A DNA stretch of 43,057 bases, taken from the NCBI GenBank assembly GCA_036446955.1, contig JAZFTZ010000166.1, positions 1 through 43,057 of the forward strand, read 5' to 3'. This stretch comes from Thermodesulfobacteriota bacterium. GTDB taxonomy: Bacteria > Desulfobacterota > JAZFTZ01. The translations under genes were made by a program, and so were the position numbers. Below are positions 21,583 to 28,987 of the stretch, piece after piece. Below the pieces are notes generated by a model. It was not told the origin of the DNA. It did no database searches and saw only the letters and a program-made list of their open reading frames with translations. Each line of letters starts with the position of its first letter. Within the stretch, counting starts at the first letter, position 1.

Positions 21583-23973
21583 TTAGCGATTAGGGGAAAT
21601 ACCTGGGGACTTCCTGCCCAGACCCTTGGAGAGCAGATAAGGAGTTACTGGTAGGCTCTTTACTCTAAAACCGGTGGCGTCGTAGATGGCATTGGCCACC
21701 GCTGCCAGCATACCGGCCACCGTCCCCTCTCCCGCCTCCTTGGCGCCGAAAGGACCCTTGGGATCCAGGCTGTGTACCAAATCTATCTCCATGGCCGGGG
21801 TATCGCTGGAAGTAGGCAGGTGATACTCCAGGAAGGAAGGATTATATACCGTGCCGTGCTCCAAGGTTACCAGTTCGCTTAAAACCTGGCCCAATCCCAT
21901 AGAGATGCAGCCTTCGATCTGCCCCTCGACTATCTGGACATTTAAGGGGAAACCGCAGTCGTGAACGGTAACCACCTTCAATACCTTGACCTGAGCGGTC
22001 TCCAGGTCGACCTCCACCTCGGCCACCTGGGCGGCAAAGCCGTAGGCCTCGGTCCAGCGGCCTTTAATCTTGGCCAGGCTGGGGTAATAGTCGGCTTCAG
22101 CTACCGGTTTTTGAGACCCTTTGCCGACGATAGAATCGCCTCCTCGCCTTTGAATGCTGGCGGCGATAACTTGGGCATAGGAAACCGCCTTTTCCGGAGC
22201 CCCGGCCACGAACACCCGCTTATCAGCCAGCTTGAGGTCAGCCGGGTTGGCCTCCAGGAGCTGGGCGGCCGCCTTGATGAGCTGATCCCTGGCGTCCGCG
22301 GCCGCCGCGGCTACCGCCTTACCGCTGACCATGGCGCCACCACTGAGAAATGAGCCCAGGTCAATGGGACACAGCTCAGTGTCCCCGGAGACCAGCCTTA
22401 TCTCCTCCAGTTTAAGCCCCAGCACCTGCGCGGCAACCTGGGCCAGAGTAGTGTCACAGCCCTGACCCATCTCGGTAGCTCCGGTAAACAGGGTGGCAGT
22501 GCCATCGTCATGCATCTTTACTATTGCTGCTGAGGCAAAGGGGTAATAGGCCGCGCCACTGAACATCGAGCAGGTGGAGATACCCAACCCTGTCCGCTTG
22601 CTGCCCTGGGACTTGGGCATTTTCCTTTTTCCTTTAAAGTTGGAGATGGCCACTGCTCTCTCTATACATTCCTTGAGTCCGCAACTGTGTAAAGTGTCTC
22701 CGGTGCCGTAAAGTACATCCCCCTTCTCTCTGGCGTTTTTGAGCATAAGATCGGCAGGGTCTAAACCAAGCTCGTCCGCGATCATACAGAGCTGGGAATC
22801 GACGGCAAACCGGATCTGGGGCGCGCCATGGCCTCGTTGAGGGCCCTTTACCGGGTTGTTGGTATAGACCGCCAATCCTTGATAGCGGATGTTGGCAACC
22901 CGGTACACCGGGATGTGGAAGGTATAGCCCAGGAAAATGACTACCGGCCCACTGCCCCGATAAGCGCCGTTATCCACTACAAAGGCGATATCCTGAGCCA
23001 GGATCGCGCCGTCCTTGGCCACTCCAGTGGTTATATCTATCATGACCGGATGGCGATGCCGGGTGGTGGCGAACACCTCCTCCCGAGAAAGCTCAATCCG
23101 CACCGGCTTACCCGCCTGGCGGGCCAGCAGCCCGGCCAGAATCTCATAAGGGAATAGATCGATCTTACCGCCAAAAGCACCGCCCACGTAGGTCTTAACT
23201 ATCCTCACCTTACCCAAAGATAACCCCAACACCTTGGCCAAGATGAACCGTTTGTAGAATATCCCCATGCTGGACAGGTGAATGGTCAACTTGCCGGAGA
23301 GGTCAAAGGAGGCCACGGCCACATGCGGTTCCAGCGCGCAGTGGGCGGTAGCCGGGGTCTCGAACCTGTCCTGGCGAACGTGGTGAGACTGATTAAGGCC
23401 TTTTTCAACATCACCGAAGGACACCGAGGTGCGGGCACTAATATTATCCCCTCGCCGTACCGGCTCAAACTCGCCTCGGCCACTTGCCCCCCACTCCTCC
23501 CAGACCGTCTTTCCCCTATAGTCCAGCTCGTGGACTAAAGGCGCATCAGGAAGCAGAGCCTTTTCCGGATGAAAAACCGCGGGCAAGGGCTCCAGGTCCA
23601 CGCGAATAAGACTTAACGCCTCCTCGGCCGTAGCCTCATCCACCGCGGCCACCGCGGCCAGTTCATCCCCGATGTACCTGGCCTTGGTCACTGCCAGCGG
23701 GTTCTGGTCGGCCGGATACCTAGGCGTATCCACGAACGCGTAACGGATATGGGCCACGTCCTTTCCAGTTAAGACGGCCTTGACTCCAGGCAACCGGCGG
23801 GCGCGGTTGACATCCACATGCAAAACCCGGGCATGGGGATGACTCGAGCGCAGAATCTTTCCCCAGAGCATCCCGGGAAGATAAATGTCCGCGCTGAACT
23901 TCCCCTCTCCACTGGCTTTTTCTCCCGCATCCAGCCGGGGCAGGGGTTTACCCACCACTTTGAACTTTTCCAT
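21583..23973 (-). CDS. Xanthine dehydrogenase/aldehyde oxidase family molybdopterin-binding large subunit (stand-alone)
   Basis: The start was trimmed to ATG 23973 (MEKFKVVGKPLPRLDAGEKASGEGKF.., an a/b-hammerhead start) with GGAGG 7 nt upstream. The 796-aa ORF has family blocks throughout (GGAFGGK, the RGHGAPQ region, and a C-terminal GAKEAGEG). The 48-codon ORF-track extension runs through an intergenic repeat. Confidence 0.9.
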   Translation of the reverse strand: MEKFKVVGKPLPRLDAGEKASGEGKFSADIYLPGMLWGKILRSSHPHARVLHVDVNRARRLPGVKAVLTGKDVAHIRYAFVDTPRYPADQNPLAVTKARYIGDELAAVAAVDEATAEEALSLIRVDLEPLPAVFHPEKALLPDAPLVHELDYRGKTVWEEWGASGRGEFEPVRRGDNISARTSVSFGDVEKGLNQSHHVRQDRFETPATAHCALEPHVAVASFDLSGKLTIHLSSMGIFYKRFILAKVLGLSLGKVRIVKTYVGGAFGGKIDLFPYEILAGLLARQAGKPVRIELSREEVFATTRHRHPVMIDITTGVAKDGAILAQDIAFVVDNGAYRGSGPVVIFLGYTFHIPVYRVANIRYQGLAVYTNNPVKGPQRGHGAPQIRFAVDSQLCMIADELGLDPADLMLKNAREKGDVLYGTGDTLHSCGLKECIERAVAISNFKGKRKMPKSQGSKRTGLGISTCSMFSGAAYYPFASAAIVKMHDDGTATLFTGATEMGQGCDTTLAQVAAQVLGLKLEEIRLVSGDTELCPIDLGSFLSGGAMVSGKAVAAAAADARDQLIKAAAQLLEANPADLKLADKRVFVAGAPEKAVSYAQVIAASIQRRGGDSIVGKGSQKPVAEADYYPSLAKIKGRWTEAYGFAAQVAEVEVDLETAQVKVLKVVTVHDCGFPLNVQIVEGQIEGCISMGLGQVLSELVTLEHGTVYNPSFLEYHLPTSSDTPAMEIDLVHSLDPKGPFGAKEAGEGTVAGMLAAVANAIYDATGFRVKSLPVTPYLLSKGLGRKSPGISPNR

Positions 23974-24067
23974 CGCCAACCTCCATACCTCGAAAGCCAA
24001 TGTTAACAAGTTTTCCCCGGGCAAGACAATATAAAGGTTGATCTTGGCCACCGGTCGATAGCCAATT

Positions 24068-24120
24068 GCGGGGGAAACCTTCTCTGGGGAAAACCCTTTA
24101 CAAAGGGTTCTTCCCACAGA
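24068..24120. repeat. Copy C (full palindrome plus upstream partial duplication) of the intergenic repeat
   Basis: The sequence is GCGGGGGAAACCTTCTCTGGGGAAAACCCTTTACAAAGGGTTCTTCCCACAGA. The palindrome arms are GGGGAAAACCCTTT and AAAGGGTTCTTCCC. It ends 6 nt before a -35 box. Confidence 0.7.
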
Positions 24121-24125
24121 CGACC

Positions 24126-24154
24126 TTGACCGGGGTTGGTCTAAATTTTATAAT
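24126..24154 (+). promoter_or_regulatory. Sigma70-type promoter TTGACC-17 nt-TATAAT
   Basis: TTGACC is at 24126-24131 and TATAAT at 24149-24154. It lies about 45 nt upstream of the GTG at 24202. Confidence 0.65.
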
Positions 24155-24201
24155 CGAGGTGCAAAGATCGGGGGAGAGACTTCGTCCAAGAGGGAGACCG
24201 G

Positions 24202-25005
24202 GTGAATAACAAAGCTGTCAGCAGACCATTGATTATTCTTTTGCTCCTTCTGGCCCTGGCTGGCGGATGCCTTGGTCCAGGGCTTGGCCCGGCGTTGAAC
24301 GTTTTCAGTGTGGAGCAAGAGATCAAGATGGGGCGAAGGTTCTCCCGGGAGATAAGCAAGAAGGCCAAGCTGGCAAACGACCCGTTTGTGTCCAGGTACA
24401 TTACCGATCTGGGCAGGAGATTGGTGCCACCGGAGGCGGCCCGAATCTATCCCTTTACTTTTTCGGTTATCAAGAATAAGCAGGTCAATGCTTTTGCCGT
24501 TCCTGGCGGACCGGTATACGTGCACAGCGGACTTATAAAGAAAGCCAGTTCTGAGGCTGAGCTGGCCTCGGTGATAGCCCACGAGATAGGACATGTAGTA
24601 AACAGACACGGCGGTCAGCAGATGACGGCCCAGGTCGGATACTCTTTCCTGGCTTCACTTCTGTTGGGACAGAACCCGGCTGGCTGGCAGGCGCTGACGG
24701 CCAAGCTGCTGGGCACTTCCGGGCTGCTGGCCTACAGCCGCTCTCACGAGAATCAGGCGGACATATTTGCTGTGCGGAGCCTATACCGTTCTGGGCACGA
24801 TGTCTATGCCATGATCACCTTCTTCCAAAAACTCAAGGCACTGGAAAAAAGCCAGCCCAATGCCATTGCCAAGTTCTTCTCCAGCCATCCAGCCACCTCG
24901 GAGCGCTTGGCCCGGATAAAGGCGGTTATTTCCTCTTATCCTCGCCAGACAAATCCCATCACGACCAGCGGCGCATTTCTCCGGGTACAGGCGGCGCTAA
25001 ATTAA
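24202..25005 (+). CDS. M48-family Zn metallopeptidase, lipoprotein (LoiP/BepA-like)
   Basis: A lipobox signal (LLLLLALAGGC) and the HEIGHV zinc motif are present. The start is GTG with a GGGAGA RBS. Confidence 0.85.
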   Translation: MNNKAVSRPLIILLLLLALAGGCLGPGLGPALNVFSVEQEIKMGRRFSREISKKAKLANDPFVSRYITDLGRRLVPPEAARIYPFTFSVIKNKQVNAFAVPGGPVYVHSGLIKKASSEAELASVIAHEIGHVVNRHGGQQMTAQVGYSFLASLLLGQNPAGWQALTAKLLGTSGLLAYSRSHENQADIFAVRSLYRSGHDVYAMITFFQKLKALEKSQPNAIAKFFSSHPATSERLARIKAVISSYPRQTNPITTSGAFLRVQAALN

Positions 25006-25028
25006 TTTTTTTTAGGTAAAGATTTTTC

Positions 25029-25057
25029 TTGACAAGATTTGAGCATATGGCTATATT
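25029..25057 (+). promoter_or_regulatory. dcw-cluster promoter (Pmra-like), TTGACA-17 nt-TATATT
   Basis: TTGACA is at 25029-25034 and TATATT at 25052-25057. Confidence 0.7.
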
Positions 25058-25065
25058 TGCCCTAC

Positions 25066-25090
25066 GTGGTAAAAAGTGGGAGATTGTGGA
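25066..25090 (+). promoter_or_regulatory. Three direct GTGGN boxes with 10-bp phasing (MraZ operator-like)
   Basis: The boxes are GTGGT (25066), GTGGG (25076) and GTGGA (25086), each separated by 5 nt. They lie between the -10 box and the mraZ ATG (25097). Confidence 0.6.
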
Positions 25091-25096
25091 GGTCAG

Positions 25097-25537
25097 ATGT
25101 TTAGAGGCCGCTTCCTCCATACCATCGACGAAAAAGGCCGGATAATGGTCCCAGCCAAGTTCCGGGAGGAACTCCGCACCCGGTACGATGAATGTCTAAT
25201 CGTAACAAACTTCGACGGCTGCCTAGTAGCCTATCCCCGGGAAGAATGGCACAAGCTGGAAGAAAAGCTTATGCAGAAATCGATGGTCAAGCGGGAGGTA
25301 AAGGCCTTCGTTCGTTTCTTCGTTTCTGGAGCCACTGAGTGTTCCCTGGACGACCAGGGAAGAGTTTTGATTCCTCCCCCCCTGAGGGAGTACGCGGAAC
25401 TGGAGCGGGAGTTGGTGTTGGCCGGCATGCTGAATAAGATCGAGATCTGGAACAAGCAGAAGTGGGACCACGAGATCAGTACCTCTGGACAGAATATCGA
25501 CCAACTGACTGAAGCGCTGGCGGACCTGGGCATCTAA
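25097..25537 (+). CDS. mraZ: Transcriptional regulator MraZ
   Basis: The start was trimmed to ATG 25097 (MFRGRFLHTIDEKGRIMVPAKFR), the canonical MraZ N-terminus. A second DDQGRVLIP repeat is present. Confidence 0.95.
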   Translation: MFRGRFLHTIDEKGRIMVPAKFREELRTRYDECLIVTNFDGCLVAYPREEWHKLEEKLMQKSMVKREVKAFVRFFVSGATECSLDDQGRVLIPPPLREYAELERELVLAGMLNKIEIWNKQKWDHEISTSGQNIDQLTEALADLGI

Positions 25538-25540
25538 AGT

Positions 25541-25598
25541 TTTCCAGGGCGGGAGGGGGAAAGGGAGCCGGCCCCTTTCCCTTACAGTTTTTTTATTT
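25541..25598 (+). terminator. Hairpin plus T-run between mraZ and rsmH (attenuator or terminator candidate; related to the GC-hairpin repeat module)
   Basis: The sequence begins TTTCCAGGGCGGGAGG, followed by the stem GGGAAAGGG (25557-25565) / CCCTTTCCC (25573-25581), then TTACAG and TTTTTTTATTT. Confidence 0.45.
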
Positions 25599-25637
25599 CA
25601 AGACGATAACGGCTTTATATAAAAAGGCGGGCTGCTC

Positions 25638-26576
25638 ATGGTTAGCCAGCACCGATCCGTGATGGCCAAGGAGGTAATAGACCTCCTGAGGCCGGCTGAG
25701 GGTATGGTATTTGTTGACGCCACTTTGGGTGCGGGCGGCCATGCCGATTTGATCTTGGAGCGGGTCGGGGCCAAAGGCCGTTTAATCGGCATTGATTGGG
25801 ATGAGGAGGCCTTGGCCGTGGCCCAAGAAAGGTTGAAAGGGTTTGGAGACTCGGTCAGCCTGGTTCGAGAAAACTTTATCAACCTGGCCACGGTCCTGGA
25901 TAAACAGGGAGTAGGTCTGGTGGATGGCTTGCTTTTCGACTTGGGGGTTTCCTCTTTGCAACTGGAAAGCTCTGACCGGGGTTTCAGTTTCAAGAACGAG
26001 GGCCAGTTGGATATGCGCATGGACCGGCGCCGCCCTCGCAGCGCGGCTCATTTGGTCAACCGGGCCAGCTTAAGAGAGCTGGAACGCCTGATCCGGGAAT
26101 TTGGGGAGGAGCGTTGGGCCAGGCGAATAGCTCAGGCCATTTGCAGACGCCGGGAGGAATCGGAGATAAGAACCACCCAAGACCTGGCCCAAACGGTGGT
26201 CTCGGCCATACCGGCGGCCTTCCGCCACGGTCCGATTCACGCAGCCACTCGTACCTTTCAGGCCCTTCGCATGGTAGTTAATGAGGAGCTGGAAAATTTG
26301 AGAAGAGGCATCCGAGCCGGGGTAAACGTTCTCAAGCCGGGTGGGAGAATGGTGGTGATTTCCTTTCACTCTTTGGAGGACGGATTAGTGAAACGGGAGA
26401 TGGGAGTCCTGAAAAAAGGTTGTATCTGTCCCCCCCGGCAGGCCCTCTGCACCTGCGGCAGGGTGCAGACCATCAGTCCCCTTACTCGCAAGCCAATGGT
26501 TCCTTCCCCTGAAGAGGTGAATAGTAATCCCCGAAGCCGGAGCGCCAAACTTAGGGCGGCGGAGAGAATAAGCTGA
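25638..26576 (+). CDS. rsmH: 16S rRNA (cytosine1402-N4)-methyltransferase
   Basis: The N-terminus HRSVMAKEVIDLL, the block DATLGAGGHA, and the gene's position in the dcw cluster support the call. Confidence 0.95.
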   Translation: MVSQHRSVMAKEVIDLLRPAEGMVFVDATLGAGGHADLILERVGAKGRLIGIDWDEEALAVAQERLKGFGDSVSLVRENFINLATVLDKQGVGLVDGLLFDLGVSSLQLESSDRGFSFKNEGQLDMRMDRRRPRSAAHLVNRASLRELERLIREFGEERWARRIAQAICRRREESEIRTTQDLAQTVVSAIPAAFRHGPIHAATRTFQALRMVVNEELENLRRGIRAGVNVLKPGGRMVVISFHSLEDGLVKREMGVLKKGCICPPRQALCTCGRVQTISPLTRKPMVPSPEEVNSNPRSRSAKLRAAERIS

Positions 26577-26589
26577 AGGAGGATGACTG

Positions 26590-26988
26590 ATGCGGAGTGT
26601 GGTTATAAGAACTATTGATCATGCGGAACTGGTTGGAGAGGAAAGCCTGCTTTCCCGCCTGAATTTAAAGAATTTAGATTTTGCCTTGGTCGCGCTATTG
26701 ATCTTTTTATTGGCAACCTCGGCCTTTGTCTTTCATGTATGGTCCCGGCTGTACGTCTTCCGTACGGGGTACGAGATCTATCAGCAGGAGAAAAGCAAGC
26801 AAGAATTGCTGGAGGAAAATCGAATACTGACTATGGAGGTGGCCAGCCTCAAATCGCCAGCCAGGCTAGAAAAGATCGCTCGACGAGAGTTGGGTTTGAG
26901 GTCGCCGCGACCAGAACAAGTGGTTATGATTCATCCCCGGGAACCAGCTCTGACTCTGACTAGTGCGCAATTGTCACTTCCGGAGTAG
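26590..26988 (+). CDS. ftsL: Cell division protein FtsL
   Basis: The 132-aa ORF has a single TM helix followed by a coiled coil. A GAAGGAGGA RBS and its position between rsmH and ftsI support the call. Confidence 0.85.
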   Translation: MRSVVIRTIDHAELVGEESLLSRLNLKNLDFALVALLIFLLATSAFVFHVWSRLYVFRTGYEIYQQEKSKQELLEENRILTMEVASLKSPARLEKIARRELGLRSPRPEQVVMIHPREPALTLTSAQLSLPE

Positions 26989-26992
26989 CTCG

Positions 26993-28987
26993 ATGACCTG
27001 CCGGTCTGAAAGAAGAGGGCGGGGGCGGTCTCTCTTCCTCGTCGCCATGCTTCTGGCTTTCCTGGCTGCCGTTATCGGACGGGGAGTCCAGCTCCAGTTG
27101 CTTGAGGGGAAAAGGTTCTACGGAGCCGCCCAGAAGCAACGAAAACGATCTATCCCGCTTGTTTCCAATCGAGGAAACATATATTCCAGAAATTTAAAAG
27201 AATTAGCCCTGACCTTACAAGTCGATTCCCTTTACGCCATCCCCAATGAGTTGGAGGACCGAAAGGCGGCGGCAAAAACCCTTGCCCGACTGGTCTCCGT
27301 GGATCAAGAGCTAATCGCGAAAAGGCTCTCCAATGGCAAATCCTTCGTGTGGATAAAGAGATGGGTGACCAGGGAAAAAGCTCAACAGGTGAGAGATAAG
27401 TTTGCTCGGGGAATCGACTTTGCAAAGGAGGGAAGAAGGTTCTACCCCTTAGGCTCGTTGGCCGGCCAGGTCTTGGGGTTTGCCGGTCTGGACGGAGAGG
27501 GATTGGAAGGGCTGGAACTGGCTTACCATCGGATTATCCGGGGCAGGCCGGGAAGCTTGCTCGCCGAGCGGGATGCCAGGGGCCGGTTCATGCTTCCGGG
27601 TGGCACTAAAGTGACCGGCAGGATTAAAGGCCATAGCCTGATCCTTACCCTGGATAAAAATATCCAATATATAGCCGAGAAGGAACTTAAGCGAGGGGTG
27701 ATTGCTGCTCAGGCAAAGCGGGGCAATGTTATCGTGTTGGAGCCGGCCAGCGGCGAAATCCTGGCTATGGCTAACTGGCCGCCCTTCGACCCGAACTACT
27801 TCTGGAAGTACCGAGCCTCCCAATGGAGAAACCTGGCAATCACCGATATGTTTGAACCGGGGTCGACCATGAAAATCTTCACTGTGGCCGCGGCCCTGGA
27901 AGAAAAGGTATTAAAACCGACTGACTTGATATATACTGAGCAAGGAGTTTTTCGGATAGGGAGAAGAGTCATCCATGACGTTCATCCTTATGGCTGGCTT
28001 TCCTTGGAAGATGTGATCAAGGTTTCAAGCAATATCGGTGCGGCCAAGGTTGGTCTGAGATTGGGTCGACGGCGTCTGTACCGGTACTTGAAAAACTTCG
28101 GCTTTTTTGCCCCCAGCCGCGTTGACTTGAGGGGAGAAGAGGGGGGGTTGCATCAGCCGTTGAAACGTTGGTCCAACATAACCATAGCCAATATCTCCTT
28201 CGGCCAAGGGATCGCATTAACCCCGTTGCAGTTGGCCGTCGGCTACGCGGCTTTGGCCAATGGCGGCTTCCTAATGAAGCCGTACTTGGTAAAGAAGGTG
28301 GTGGATGATAAGGGCCGGCTGGTCAACGAGAACCGGCCTCAGGTTGTTCGCAAGGTGATCAGTACGAATACGTCCAAGCTGGTAAGGCGTATGCTTATGC
28401 GCGTTATCGGCCCTGAGGGAACAGGCCGCCGGGCCAAGGTCGATGGATATGCGGTGGCCGGCAAGACCGGCACCGCGCAAAAGCCTTCCCGCCGCTCCCG
28501 GGGATACGCGCCCGGTAAGTATGTGGCTTCATTCGTGGGCTGGGCACCAGCCGAGAACCCGCAGATTCTCATTCTGGTAGTGATAGATGAACCCCGCGGG
28601 GTCAAATACGGAGGGGTGCTAGCCGCGCCGGTTTTCAAGGAGATAGCTTCTCAGACCCTGGCCTATCTGAGGGTAAGCCCGGATAGGCTTAATGAGATCA
28701 TAGTAGAGACGGAAGCCAAAGACCAACTAACGGTATCGAGGTATGTTCCCGACCTATCCCTGTTCTCCAACCAGGACAAGGAGCTTATCACTATGCCCGA
28801 TTTCCGGGGCCTGACCCTGCGCCAGATATTGGAATTGGCTTCCCACAAGGGGATTCAGATCAAGACCCGGGGCAGCGGAATTGCCGTCTGGCAAAAACCG
28901 ACGGGAGGAAGCCTGATAAGACTGGAGCGGGTTGGCCTGGTTAAGCTTTCGGCCGCATCCCGGGTCACACTGAGGCAGAAGAATTGA
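26993..28987 (+). CDS. ftsI: Peptidoglycan D,D-transpeptidase FtsI (class B PBP) with a C-terminal PASTA-like domain
   Basis: The start was trimmed to ATG 26993. The SxxK (STMK), SSN and KTGT motifs are present. The C-terminal 66 aa resemble a PASTA domain. Confidence 0.9.
   Translation: MTCRSERRGRGRSLFLVAMLLAFLAAVIGRGVQLQLLEGKRFYGAAQKQRKRSIPLVSNRGNIYSRNLKELALTLQVDSLYAIPNELEDRKAAAKTLARLVSVDQELIAKRLSNGKSFVWIKRWVTREKAQQVRDKFARGIDFAKEGRRFYPLGSLAGQVLGFAGLDGEGLEGLELAYHRIIRGRPGSLLAERDARGRFMLPGGTKVTGRIKGHSLILTLDKNIQYIAEKELKRGVIAAQAKRGNVIVLEPASGEILAMANWPPFDPNYFWKYRASQWRNLAITDMFEPGSTMKIFTVAAALEEKVLKPTDLIYTEQGVFRIGRRVIHDVHPYGWLSLEDVIKVSSNIGAAKVGLRLGRRRLYRYLKNFGFFAPSRVDLRGEEGGLHQPLKRWSNITIANISFGQGIALTPLQLAVGYAALANGGFLMKPYLVKKVVDDKGRLVNENRPQVVRKVISTNTSKLVRRMLMRVIGPEGTGRRAKVDGYAVAGKTGTAQKPSRRSRGYAPGKYVASFVGWAPAENPQILILVVIDEPRGVKYGGVLAAPVFKEIASQTLAYLRVSPDRLNEIIVETEAKDQLTVSRYVPDLSLFSNQDKELITMPDFRGLTLRQILELASHKGIQIKTRGSGIAVWQKPTGGSLIRLERVGLVKLSAASRVTLRQKN

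Noticed and set aside
21321-21593. A 90-aa + strand ORF after the IS relic.
   Set aside because: It is in an alternative frame overlapping the decayed orfA, is highly basic and low-complexity, and has no RBS.
23974-24117. A 48-codon N-terminal extension of the Mo-enzyme ORF (track start 24117).
   Set aside because: The extension reads straight through intergenic repeat copy C and has no RBS. The internal ATG at 23973 has GGAGG 7 nt upstream and begins the conserved domain.
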